A DNA stretch of 64,000 bases from the human T2T-CHM13v2.0 reference genome, Homo sapiens, in NCBI RefSeq assembly GCF_009914755.1, contig NC_060944.1. One strand, written 5' to 3'. The position numbers and the translations under genes were made by a program. Shown piece after piece: positions 1-13,450 of this stretch. The notes beneath the pieces are model-generated. The model saw only the letters and a program-made list of their open reading frames with translations. It made no database searches and was not told the origin of the DNA. Each line of letters starts with the position of its first letter. Positions within the stretch are counted from its first letter, which is position 1.

Positions 1-31
1 GGGATTACAGGCATGAGCCACCATGCCTGGC
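1..31 (-). mobile_element. Alu 5' end (antisense, cut by the window edge)
   Basis: gggattacaggcatgagccaccatgcctggc. Confidence 0.85.
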
Positions 32-249
32 ATGATTGCATTTTGACTTCTGAGACCTGCAGGAGCCAAAATCTTAGGGACTCTAATATTCTCTTGTTTC
101 ACTGTGGGCCATCAATGCTTTGGTGAATAAGAGAAATAAGATGATGTTGGGGCAGATAGGGCTTTTAAGCAACCTAAATTAGGGGAGGGGTTCTTCTGGG
201 CCCTCTGGAAATTTACCAGATCTTATCAGATCTTAAAGCAAAATCCCAT

Positions 250-560
250 AGACATTGAGTTGGATAAAATAAGCCAGGCACAGAAAGTATAAACTGTATG
301 ATTCCATTCGTAGGGAGTCCAAAAGCAAGCAAAACTAATCGACAAGGTTGAAAATCAGAATATTCCTGATTTTCTATCTGAGAAAAAAATTCTTCTGATT
401 TTTCTGTTACTTCTGGGATGCAGTATTCACAAGGAAGAGGGAAGGGCCAGAAAGGAACCTTCTAGGGTACTGGAAATGTCACTATTTTCAACTGGGTGGG
501 TTACATGGGTATATACATATAAACACATTTATAAAATTATTCTCCCACTTAGAGTTGTGT
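250..560 (+). mobile_element. Old L1 (L1ME-like) 3' fragment
   Basis: ataagccaggcacagaaag...tatgattccatt...aaaactaatc...ggtggttacatgggtatatac resemble L1M 3' UTR. Confidence 0.65.
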
Positions 561-1064
561 ACTTCACACATTTCATGGGCTCTACCACAATGAAAAAAAA
601 TCCATCTCAAAGACCCCACAAATATAATTGCTGGTCTCCTTTTTGCCCTTTTCCTTGAATGAATGAAACCAGTCTTTTCTAGAAAGATACGAGAATGTTT
701 CTCTTCCTTTGATTACCAGACCCCTTAATGTCAGAAGAAAAAGCACTGAAACATTTTCCTGCTGCTCTGAAAGGCTGCTAACCTCTGGTCTGGACTAGGG
801 CTGTTCAGCAGAACTTTCTGCAGTGATGGAAGTGTTCTTTCTGTGCTGTCTGGGATGGTAGTCACTAGCCGCATGTGGCTATTGAGGACTTGAAATTGGC
901 TAGTCTAAAAAGAAATGTGCTTTAAGGGTGAAATACATGCAGGATTTTGAAAATTTAATATAAAAAAAGTAAATAATCTCAATAATTTTTACATTGGTTA
1001 CATATTTAAATGATAAGGGATACATCAGGTTAGGTAAAATGTACTATTAAAATTAACTTCATCT

Positions 1065-1360
1065 GGCCAGGCACGGTGGCTTATGCCTGTAATCTCAGCA
1101 CTTTAGGAGGCCAAAGCAAGTGGATCACCTGAGGTCAGGAGTTTGAGATCAGCCTGACCAACGTGGTGAAACCCTGTCTCTACTAAAATACAAAATTAGG
1201 AGTGGGGGTTGGTGGGTGCCTGTAGTCCCAGCTACTAGGGAGGCTGAGGCAGGAGATTTGCCTTAACCTAGGAGGCGGAGGTTGCAGTGAGCTGAGATGG
1301 CACTATTGCACTTCAGCCTGGGCAACAGAGCGAGACTCCGTCTCAAAAATAAAATAAAAT
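1065..1360 (+). mobile_element. AluS
   Basis: Full dimer with A tail. TSD-like aaattaa(c/t)ttca(t/c)ctg. Confidence 0.92.
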
Positions 1361-1503
1361 TAAATTAATTTCACCTGTTTCTTTTTAAACTTTTTAATGG
1401 AAACTAAAATTGAGAAATTTAATTGTGAAATTAAAATTTTCTATTTATCTAGAAATTTTTAGAAAAATAGAAATATATAGAAAATTTAGGAAGTGTTATC
1501 TAG

Positions 1504-1836
<333 letters not shown>

Positions 1837-3731
1837 TAAATTGCATATGTAGTTCACATTCTATTTCTATTGGACAGCACTGGTCTAGAAGTGTAGGTTG
1901 GCCATGGGCGGAGCCTACCTCCCAGGCTTCCTCAGACCTTCATACAAGTGATTGTCATTCCTATCCCCTCAGTTTTTCAATCATTCTTCCTTTATTCCTC
2001 CCAAATCTCAGAGTGGTAGAGTGTAGGCCACTTGCTGAGCTGGGTGTATCACCTGGGGAAGCCTGTTTAAAATACAGGCACTGGAGAACCCTCTCCATAA
2101 AGTCTGATTTAGAAAGACTGGACTGGGACCTGGGACCTGTATTGCCTGGGAATCTTCATTTCTGCCTTGGTCCTTAGGGAGTCCGCGTGCAGCCAGGTAT
2201 AGTAGCATTGATGCAAAGAACTCTGTATTGGGAATCCAGGGACCTGGCTCTAAAGCTGTTCCACTGACTGGTGTGTGACCGTAGGTCCGTTTCTTCCCGC
2301 TTGAGGACTCGGTTTCCTCACTTGCAAAATGAAGAGGTGGAGCGAGCCCCCTTCCAATTACAGTCCTCTGGCTATTTGCTTTCCTGGGGTATCTGTTGTG
2401 CTTTTCTCATCTCTTCTCCATTCCCTCTCTCACGCCTCCTCATCTTTCCCAGGGCATTCAGAACCAGGCCCCCAGGCTCCCGCCTTCCCATTTCCCTAGC
2501 CATTCAGAGCCCTCATCCTGGCCTCCACATCCTGCCCACCCCGCCGCGATGCAGTCTTTCACATCTGCCCACCTCACTGCTCCCTTTGCTGTCTCATTCC
2601 CTCCTCCTCGCCTCTCTTTAGTTCTTTCTTTGCTGCCATTGCCCCACGCACCACCATGCCCCATCTCTCTCTCTTCTGGGTTGTTCTGTAAAGGTCACCT
2701 TGTTTATGTTGCCCTGGCAAGCCAGAAGTTTCTCTCCCTTGCCTTTTCTGCCCACATGCTTTACCAGTAATTATGGTCAAGTAGAACCCAAGTCTGACTC
2801 TTAATACAGTCAGACTCACTAATTCTAGAAGAGGTCTCCTCTGAATTCAAAAACTCCTTTTTAAAGTGCTTGGAAACATTGGCTTAATGGATGGATGCCT
2901 CTTGGTACCCCAAGGAAGAGCTCTGTACTCCTGCAGAGTCTCAAGCCCTGCCCTTTATTAGCTGTGTGACCTTTTAGCAAATCATTTAAACTTTTCAGCC
3001 TATGATTCCTCGTCAGCCAAATGGCAATGATCATCACAGTAATAACAATCGCTATAATTTATGGAAAGCTTACCCTGTGCCAGGCACCAGGCTGTGCACT
3101 CAACACAAGTACTGTTACCTGCTCATTCATTTTACAAATGAGGAAACTGAGGGTCAGAGATGTTAAGTGGCTTGCTCACAGTCATGAAGCTGTGAACATG
3201 ATGGATTGATTAGAGAGTGAAACCCAATCTGTTAGACTCCAAAACCCAATGGTCTTGACCTTTTCACCACACCCACTTTTCATAACGTCTGTCTCCTAGG
3301 GCTACCAAGATCATCCATGCAGCATGGTAGTTAGCACACTGCCTACCACATCGCGAGTGCTTAATAAAAGCTCATTATGACTACTATTACCATTAACTTG
3401 AAATAGGCTAACAAAATGCTGCACGCAGGGACTGTGCTGTGCTGTAATAAACCAAGAAGAATAAATCATAACACTGTATTGTTTAGATGTCTTTGGTACT
3501 TCTGAAGTGTCTATGGGCTTACGAAGACATCCCACATACCCAGAATAATGATTACACTGACTTATAGGACAGCCACTTCATTAATTGATGCACAAACTTA
3601 AAGTGCAGCCTGTTACTGTAAGGAAAAACCAAACCAAACCAAACCAAAACCAATGCCCAGTTAGGATGTAGTAATTTTGCTACTGAGTAATATTCTTTGA
3701 GTAGTATTCTTTCTACTCAATTTTGACCAGG

Positions 3732-4078
<347 letters not shown>

Positions 4079-5118
4079 CTAGAAACACCTTGGTAGCTGT
4101 GTGCCCAGAGGAACCTCTCTGACCTCAGTTTCCTCATCTGCAAAATGTCATTAATGTATACATTGGAGTTGCTGTAATAACTAAACAACACCTGTGATAT
4201 ACTGGATCTGTGTCTTGCCTACAGAAGGGGCTCAGCAAGGTGAACCTGCTTCCTTGTCCCTCTGAGGTTTTTCCATGTTTAGAGGTTGATGAGAGTACTG
4301 AGAAAGTCAGATCGTAATTCTCCACCACCAGCCTGGTGCCTGAGGCCCTGTCTCCATGAGGGTGTTTGTCTTACTGGTCTTCATCTTCTGTTCCTTCTGC
4401 AAATCCTCCAGAAACATCTGTCCCTGCTTCAGTTAACTCTGTCTTCCTTCTTAAAGTTCTTCCTTCTTGAAGTTCTTGCTATGAGCGTGGAAAGTCACTC
4501 ATGTCACACAGAACCTTTTCCCTTCTCTCCCTGCAACCTTGCAGGTCAGACGTCTGGTTTCTGCTCCATCTTCTCCCACTGGCCCACCTCCTTCAGAGAG
4601 GACCTGTCTCCCAAACACCACCAGCAAGAGGGCAGCACTTGCCTAGCTTCCTAACCTTCCAAAATTTAATGGGAAAAAATTGACCTGTTCCAAAACAGGA
4701 ACCTTGGGTTTTAGTCTTGGTTTTGCCAACTTACTAAGCCTGAAGCCTCTGGGCCTCGGTTTTCCTATGTGTCAAATGAGCCAAGAAAGATCCATTTTCT
4801 GTGATTCCGTTAGCACTCGACTGCATGCAAGTAGCAGAAATGATGTTTCATCCATTAAATGGTTTTGAGTAGTTGCTATGTGCCAGGCACAGTGTTGAAC
4901 ACTGGAAAGACAAGAGTTAAAAGATAGCCCTTACCCTCAAGGAGATCAGAGTAGTGTGTGGTTAAATTAACAACAGCAACAATCATCATAATAAGAACAG
5001 CCAGTATTTATTCAGCACTTACTATATGCTGGGCCCTTGCTTCAGTTCCTCCCTATAATGGGAGGCAGAACCTATTTTACGGAGGAAGCAATTGAGGCTT
5101 AAAGAAGTTAAGAAACTT

Positions 5119-5281
5119 GCCAGGCACTGTGGCGTGCACCTGTAATCCCAGCTACTTGGGAGGCTGAGGCAGAAGGATCACTTGCAGCCAGGAATTCAAG
5201 GCTGTAATGTGCATTGATTGTGCCTGTGAATAGCTATTGCACTCCAGCCTGAGCAACATAGTAAGACTCGTCTGTTAAAAA
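5119..5281 (+). mobile_element. FAM (fossil Alu monomer) inside a MIR
   Basis: Monomer retaining the 7SL-specific cctgtgaatagct segment. TSD gaagttaagaaact. Confidence 0.8.
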
Positions 5282-5740
5282 CTGTTTAAAGTAAAGGAAG
5301 TTAAGAAACTCACCCAAGATTACAGAGCTAGCAGGCCCATAGAGTGGGATTTGAACTCAGGGAGTCTGATTTCAGAGCCTGCTCCTTTAAACACTGAGTT
5401 TTGGAGCCAAACCTGGAATCCAGACTTCATTTCTTTATTTAAACACTGCTGTCTGTGGTTTAATCTCCAGGACACAGCAAGCCCACGGACAACAGAAAGG
5501 AAAACCAAATGAAAAAAGAACATCTGCAATCGTGACTAAACATTTCTTAGAGCTGACAAGATAGGAAGAAAAAGTAAAATGATGATGATCTTAGCTTCTC
5601 GGTGTTAAAGGACATTTTAACACATTGTCAGGCCAAAGTAAAAGATTACCACCTCCCTGGAAACAAGCGAGCAAACACACATGGGCTCTGGAATCCAACA
5701 GATGTGGGTTCGGTTCTCTGCTGCCACACACAAGCTGCGT

Positions 5741-5873
5741 GGCCTTGGAGTGCAATAGCTACTCACAGGCATGATGATTACACATTACAGCCTTGAGTTT
5801 CTCACCTCAAGAGATCCTTCCACCTCAGCCTCCCAAGTAGCTGGGATTACAGGTGCAAGTCACTCTACCTTGC
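5741..5873 (-). mobile_element. FAM (antisense)
   Basis: ggagtgcaatagctactcacaggc is the antisense FAM-diagnostic segment. Confidence 0.75.
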
Positions 5874-6030
5874 TGAGTCACAATAAAGGGCATATGGTAA
5901 AGGGTAGCAAAAACAACCTCTTGCCATGTATTTTAAAACAAGTGACAGAAGTTACTAATTTTTCTTGTCCTCTTCCTTCCTTTCCCCCCACTCCCCACCC
6001 CCCATTCTACCCCATGCCTCTGGCTTCCAG

Positions 6031-6039
6031 GAATCCTGA
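6031..6039 (+). CDS. EPB41L1: EPB41L1 (protein 4.1N) final coding codons Glu-Ser-stop in the terminal exon
   Basis: C/T-rich tract (5960-6030) ending ttccag|GAA TCC TGA. Matches my recollection that 4.1N ends in ...PQES and lies immediately upstream of AAR2. Upstream coding exons are outside the window. Confidence 0.85.
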   Translation, partial: ES

Positions 6040-7010
6040 CCTCTGTGAAGAGATCCTGGCATTTCTGGTCCAACCCAAGCCAGAGAACCATTAAGAAGGG
6101 GCCTTCATTCTGGATTCTCCGACGCAACACTGACGTCCCAGCTGCGACGTACTGTCACTGATGAGAGACTGGGAAGGGAAAAGCATATATATATAGATAT
6201 ATAGAGATATAGATATATATACAGGAAACACCGCATCCTTGCACTGCTGCTGGGGCTGGCAGAGCAGTTGGCTGACAGCAACAACCGACATCTGAACACC
6301 TACATTTCCTTTGCAGACAAATTGAAGAACTGGTGGGATTTTTTTCAAGAAAAAAAATTATATAATAACTATAATCCCTTGCTCACCCCTTTCCCCCGCC
6401 AAATAAGAAACGCAAGCCAGACCACGATGATTGTAGAAGTCCCTCCCGCCCTGGTTCTGCACGTTACAGTTAGCAGACGAGCAATTCCATTTGTTCTTCT
6501 CCAGCATCTCTAAGGCCCACTTGAATGCAAAGGAAAACACTTGCACAGCAAAGCAAGAGAAGTCACAGCAGCAAGACACGCACAGTCAACCATTTTCCGA
6601 GAAAAAAAGAAAATTCCCCACTTGGAAAGAAAGAGGAGGAACACTGGATTCTTACTTTCTGGATCTTGACACTGGGCTGCAAAACCTACCTTCCTCTCTC
6701 CCGCCTCCCCTCACCCTCAACTCTCAATGTCTTGCTGTCATTTTCTGTCTCGGCTCCCTCCTCCCCCTTCCCCCTTCCCCCACCCCACACCCTTCACCCT
6801 CTGTGTCCTGGTCCTTCTGAGGGCCACTGCAGATGACTCTCCTTTGAAATGAGAAAAAGAAAAGAAAGCAAGAACAGAAAACGAAGCCACAGGAAGGGAA
6901 GTAGACATTGTATGCTTATGGTTTCTCATTATGAAGGTGCAGCTTGTAGGAGGTTTGTACGGATGTGCTTTGAAGTTATGTATATTACATATAACAGGAA
7001 AAAATATTAA

Positions 7011-7016
7011 AATAAA
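7011..7016 (+). terminator. Candidate proximal polyadenylation signal of EPB41L1
   Basis: AATAAA preceded by several TGTA motifs (6909-6982) in an A/T-rich context. Confidence 0.5.
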
Positions 7017-9471
7017 CAGTGCTGGTAAGTATGAAGCTGACATTCTAAAATTATAATTATCTGACTGTGATTGATGTATCCTGAGGTTCCTAGATCTCAC
7101 TGAACTGGCCCAGCTAAGGAGACCTGGACTCTGGGTGTGGGTTGGCTCACAGTAGGGGCTGACGGGTTCAGTGTAGTAATACTGTGTGTGGTGTTTGTAA
7201 TTGGTTGATTGGTGGGGAGGGGTGGGGGGCCCTAATGGAGAGGTGTGGGTTTGGCAAGAAAGAAGCAACACAGATGTCGTCCCCAAAATGCCAGTTCAAG
7301 ACACCTTCTCCCTGCCCCCCTGGTAGTAACAGTCAGGGCCTGGTCTGTGCTCAGGTACTGGGTCCCAGTCTGGGACTCTGCTGCTGAAGTTGCCACAGTA
7401 GAGGTCCCTGGCTTAGTCCTTATCTCCCTACGGGGCTTGCCTTGGTTTTCAGTCTTCTCTCTCTTTCTCTCTTTTTTTTTTTTTTGCCACATTCTGCCCT
7501 TCCCTGACCCCATTGTAATAACCAACTCCATATCCAAAGGGAGGTGGTGCTCTCAGCCATTGTAGAAGATGGTGGCTTTAACCTGACTGTCTAAAAATTC
7601 CCAGCTAAGCCTTTTCCTCTACTCTCTTCCTTGTTCTGAATCATTTCTTCTTCTCAGGCCAAAGTAGCCATGGTAAGGAGGCTTCATGGGGCAGACCCTG
7701 AAAGATCAAAACTGCATTTGCAAAGCCCTCCCCTGTCCCAGGACAAAGCTGAGACTGACGGGTGATGTTGCTCATAGGCTCCAGCTCTGCATAAGACCTT
7801 GGCTTGGAGACCTCCCTCTCAGTCAACAGCTGAACTCTGAGCTTGTGCCCAGAAATTACCCCAAGACCACAGGAACCCTTCAAGAAGCTCCCATCACAAG
7901 CTTGGCATTGCTCTCTGCCACACGTGGGCTTCCTCAGGCTTGTCTGCCACAAGCTACTTCTCTGAGCTCAGAAAGTGCCCCTTGATGAGGGAAAATGTCC
8001 CACTGCACTGCGAATTTCTCAGTTCCATTTTACCTCCCAGTCCTCCTTCTAAACCAGTTAATAAATTCATTCCACAAGTATTTACTGATTACCTGCTTGT
8101 GCCAGGGACTATTCTCAGGCTGAAGAAGGTGGGAGGGGAGGGCGGAACCTGAGGAGCCACCTGAGCCAGCTTTATATTTCAACCATGGCTGGCCCATCTG
8201 AGAGCATCTCCCCACTCTCGCCAACCTATCGGGGCATAGCCCAGGGATGCCCCCAGGCGGCCCAGGTTAGATGCGTCCCTTTGGCTTGTCAGTGATGACA
8301 TACACCTTAGCTGCTTAGCTGGTGCTGGCCTGAGGCAGGGCAGGAAATCAGAATAGCATTTGCTTCTCTGGGCAAATGGGAAGTTCAGCGGGGCAGCAGA
8401 ATCAGTGGCATTCCCCCTGGTGCAGGCCGGTGGGTCCACTCCAACTCCCCCTGAGTGTAGCAGCACACTTTCCATACACCAGGTTCTTTCTACAATCCTG
8501 GTGGAAAAGCCACAGAACCTTCTTCCTGCCCTTCTTGAGAGTTCCCCCTCTTTCTGGGTCAAGAGCTGGAGTGGTGGCTCCATCCTCTCTGGGCCACTTC
8601 GGTCTAGGAACTCATCTTTGCAGGAACCAGGAGTCCTGAGCACACTGAACACACCTCAGAGGGAGGATCCTTGTTGTGGATTTTGCACCTGGCTTTGGGG
8701 CAGGGGTGAAGTGACCAGGCTTAGCTTGTGGAGTTTATGGGCCACCAGGGTTTGGGGAAATCACCATCCCGCGGATGCTGTGACCTCCCTTCTACGGAGA
8801 TGCAGGCAGTGCCACGAGGGAGGAGGGGACCTGCAAAGCTAGAATCTAGGGCACTGTTTCCTCCCCATCCTTCTCTTTGTAGAGAATAGAGACGTTTGTC
8901 TTGTCTGTCTTCAACCTACTTTTCCTTTTCTCTTTTTTGTTTCTCATCCTCTCTGTGCCACCTCTCCACCCAGGAGGCCATGTAGCATAGTGGAAAAAGT
9001 CCCTGAGGGCGGTTAGGAGTTCTGGGTGACCATCCTGGCTCAGCTCCTAACTCACCATGTGACATCAGGCTATCCCCATTCCCCCTCTTGGGCCTCAGTT
9101 TCCCGACTTGCAAAATAAGCAGAAAGAACCAGATGCTCTCCAGGGTCTTTTTCTACTTTGCTATCTCATGGGTCTTCATTTTCTCTTATTTTGTTTTCTC
9201 TGGATCTTTTCCATCTGAGGGTACAGGAAGTACCAGGACCTGTTTCAGTTTTTGAATCCTGCAAGCACATTCCAAGACTGGCCTGAAACTGCATGAGCAA
9301 CATCACTCGAAATAATTTTTTTTTTCAAAAGCACCTTAACAACCAATTGCGATGCTGTCCTGTTCCTTTTTACTCACACCCTTCTCTCCTTTCTCGTCCC
9401 CATGCTCCCCCACCTCAGTGCTCCGTGCTGTATGCGTGTGCTCTCTGTTCTTGTATACTCAATATAAGTGA

Positions 9472-9477
9472 AATAAA
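9472..9477 (+). terminator. Distal polyadenylation signal of EPB41L1
   Basis: Canonical AATAAA with upstream TGTA motifs and CA ~18 nt downstream. Confidence 0.8.
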
Positions 9478-9510
9478 TGTGTTTGATGCTGAACCATACT
9501 TCCTTGGCAC

Positions 9511-9514
<4 letters not shown>

Positions 9515-9554
<40 letters not shown>
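9515..9554. repeat. (CT)n microsatellite just downstream of the EPB41L1 poly(A) site
   Basis: Direct reading. Confidence 0.95.
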
Positions 9555-9561
<7 letters not shown>

Positions 9562-10215
9562 CTCTCTGACTTTGGCCACTGGTACAAGTTGGCACTGTGG
9601 GAGGGGCTAAAACTGAAGTGGAGACATCCCAACTTAGAACATGTTTATGCAACAAATATTTGGAACTCAAGGTGGTCCAGGCCTTGGGTGACTCTCCAGG
9701 CACAACACAAACAAGACAAAAGTCCCTGCCCTTCATGAACCCACAGGCTAGTGGAGGAAACAGATGCCAACACAGGCAAACAGTCCGTTACAGAGCACTC
9801 AGCACTAGGAAGGAAATACACCGGGAGAAGGGAAGGAGGGTCACTGAAGGAGACCACTTTAAATACAGTGGCCAGGTAAGGCCTCCCTGAGGAGGCGATC
9901 TGTGAGCTGAATGAAAAGAAGGATCAATCAACAAAGGCGAGGAACTTTGGTGCACATTCTAGGAGAGGGAACAGTAAGCATACAGGCCCCAGGACGTGGA
10001 GGGGCTTATTGAGCGGAGAAACAGCATGGTCCCTCCTCCTGAAAGAAGAGTACCTACATTGGAGTCTCTCTTCCTGTAACCCCCCTACATGGGAGCCTAG
10101 TGGGAAAAAATACAGCAATCCTCAACTTCGGCCTTTGCCCAGAACCTCTATATATGTTCCCATATCCTCATACCACCTGTCCCATTATTCACTTATTTTT
10201 CTTTAAATTGACTCA

Positions 10216-10530
<315 letters not shown>

Positions 10531-11274
10531 TAAATTGACTCACGTTAAAAGCAAATGCATTTAAAAAGGAAACTATATTACTTCCACAAATGAAAAGCTT
10601 ATGTTATTTGCCAAGAAAGGAGGTCTTCATAAAATAAATGCAAAAATATTAAAATTAACAACCACAATGCACTTAAAACCTAAACTCATCCCTTGGACCA
10701 CCTGAGGTGCACACACCACACTTTCCTTTTATTCCACCAAGCAACTCACCTCAGCCCACCTTTATTGCTGCAAATCTCACCAGCGAGTCTTTTCCATGTG
10801 TATGTATTTTTCCAGAGTTGGTCATCTTGTACATACTTTTGTAAATACTTTAAAATATATATATGTACATATATGTATATATATGTACATATATATCTAT
10901 ATACACGTATATATATCCTGAGCATTTCCGTATACTTTCAAATACTAAATACTTATTTTCTTTGGAAAGGTAATTCATTAAATGATACAAAGACTATGCA
11001 GTGAAAAGTGATTCTTCAGCCTTCTCCAGATTTCTGTCTCTTGTCAGAGGCAATTGCTGCGAGGAACATTATGAATCCTTCTCTGAATTTTCCCTATAGG
11101 TCTCCTTTAGCAATCTGTTATCCCTAGGGTTCTGGAATAGGACTTGGTTTACAAACAATGGGTCTTCATATGATTCCTCAGGACCCCATACACCCTGATC
11201 CATATTTCTGTCTCCCATAAAGGACCATCCTGACTCGGCTTTTGTCGAATAATCAAAGGTAAGTTCACCCAGAT

Positions 11275-11502
11275 TAGTGTTTTTCAACTGCATTGAGAGT
11301 GGGGAAATGACCCCTCCTCCTTTACCCCCAACCCCCGCCCCGGGGACATTTAGCAATGGTTGTCACAACTGAGGGGTGCTACTAGCTCTAGTGGGTAGAC
11401 GCCAGGGTTGCTGCTAAACATCCTACAATGCACAGGACAGCCACATACAACAAATACTTATCTGGCCCCAAATGTCAATAGTGCCAAGGTTGAGAAATTC
11501 TG
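11275..11502 (+). mobile_element. MER20 (hAT-Charlie), internally deleted
   Basis: ggggacatttagcaatg...gctgctaaacatcctacaatgcacaggacagcc...aaatgtcaatagtgccaaggttgagaaa. Confidence 0.85.
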
Positions 11503-11882
11503 ATCTAAATGGACATGTGACCCACAAGGTGGGACTCCTAGGCCACCATTTACAGCTTCTACAACCAGTGTTCAGTGTCCTGGAGTCTCTGAAAAGACGG
11601 TGAGCCCAACTGAAACAGGGAGCTTTGAGACCAGACCATAGAGCTCAGCACTTAAGACTGGGAGTGGGGAGGGGTGGAGAGGGAGCTGAGCTTCTTCATG
11701 CAGGAGATGAAACTTGACAGGACAGGCTGAGATTGGTAAGCATGACTGTGACTGATGGAGGCTGTCTCTGGTTAATCCTGCAGCAGCTCATTGTGATTAA
11801 CCATGACTGCAGGGCCCGGTCTAGTCTGCAACCCACTAAGAGATAAATTTTGACCGAGACAGATTGGCGTGTCCAGCTGTCA

Positions 11883-12465
<583 letters not shown>

Positions 12466-13059
12466 TTAATAGTGCAGGGTTAGACCCACAAATAGTTATT
12501 TATTAATACCAAATTATCATCATTATTAATTAAATGCATAATATATGTACTCAGCTGAGCTTTTGTGCCTGGCTTTGTGCTCGGTTCCAGGGAAACAGTG
12601 AGGAACAAGACAGGCAGATTCCTTCCCTAGTGCGTTGATAGCCTGACTGAGATGTTAGGACTTGGCCTGCAGGAAGGACACGGGGTGATAATGGCCAGAG
12701 GGACTGAGGTGGCGACCGCTGCTGCTGCAGCAGCGGAGGCTGACGCTGGTTCTCTCTGGGCTGGTGGCTGGGTTTCTGAGGCTCTCCCCGAGGGCTGAGT
12801 GTGACTGGAAGCTGAGACACTGTGACCGGGATAGAGACTGGCTGACAAAGACAGTGACCGAGCGCCTGACTGGCTACTTCTGAATAGTAGCCACTGGTAC
12901 AAGCCTTGGCTGTGCTTTAGTGACCATGACTGCTTGAGCCCAAAGTAAGATGGCTGGTGGCTGTGTTTCTGGACGGGGATATAAAATGCATAGGTTAATG
13001 AAAGTTGTTCACAATTCAGAAGCTAAAACGAGAAACTAAGAATAACAAAAGGCAACCTT

Positions 13060-13450
13060 GCATCCGGCGGAACCTGCAGGCACGGGCCATTCTTCCCGCG
13101 ACCCAGGGCTCTGCCGGACCGCTTCCCCCGTCGCTCCAGTCAGACGCCAAAGCTGGAGAACTTCCGGTGCGTTTCCGCTGTACCGGAACGTGGGGCGAGG
13201 CGGTGAGTGTGGCCTCCTGGCCTCTTTTTCCTTTCCTGATTCCTTGTGTATGTGTGGCTGGGCCGCCCCTCTTCTCGGCTCAGAGTCACGGAGTGCCTTG
13301 AACTAGGCCCACCTCGCCGGGGCGGCTGGTTCTCTGTTTGTGGGACGCTGGTGTCTCTGGAGGCCCTTCCTGAGAAGCCGTCGCCAGAGTTACGTCGCGG
13401 TTTTCTTAACTTTAGAGCCTGGGGGCCGGAGACCCTGATTGCACTCGACC
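13060..13450 (+). promoter_or_regulatory. AAR2: AAR2 CpG-rich promoter with ETS (GABPA/ELK-type) sites
   Basis: Local CpG cluster. ACTTCCGG at 13160-13167 and CCGGAA at 13183-13188. YY1-like AAGATGGC at 12947-12954. Confidence 0.8.
13170..13202 (+). other. AAR2: AAR2 non-coding exon 1 (start approximate)
   Basis: Strong donor GCG|GTGAGT at 13202/13203 immediately after the ETS cluster. TSS inferred. Confidence 0.7.

Larger units (their letters stand above)
6040..9497 (+). other. EPB41L1: EPB41L1 3' UTR (~3.5 kb)
   Basis: Long Alu-free unique stretch after the stop codon, ending at AATAAA 9472-9477 with TGTA upstream (9452) and a pyrimidine-rich downstream tract. Cleavage position estimated. 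Confidence 0.8.

Noticed and set aside
6158-6184. CTGATGA...GAAA resembling a hammerhead ribozyme core
   Set aside because: The intervening gagactgggaagg cannot form stem II, and no stems I/III were found.
8060-8065. AATAAA in the mid EPB41L1 3' UTR
   Set aside because: It sits at the edge of an L2-like remnant and lacks clear upstream TGTA or downstream GU elements.
12627-12902. 91-aa minus-strand ORF with a poly-Ala stretch, divergent from AAR2
   Set aside because: Non-ATG start, no recognisable domain, and the Ala run comes from the CTG/CAG palindrome.
12980-12986. TATAAAA upstream of AAR2
   Set aside because: About 190 nt from the ETS cluster and inferred TSS, too far for a core TATA box unless an upstream TSS exists.
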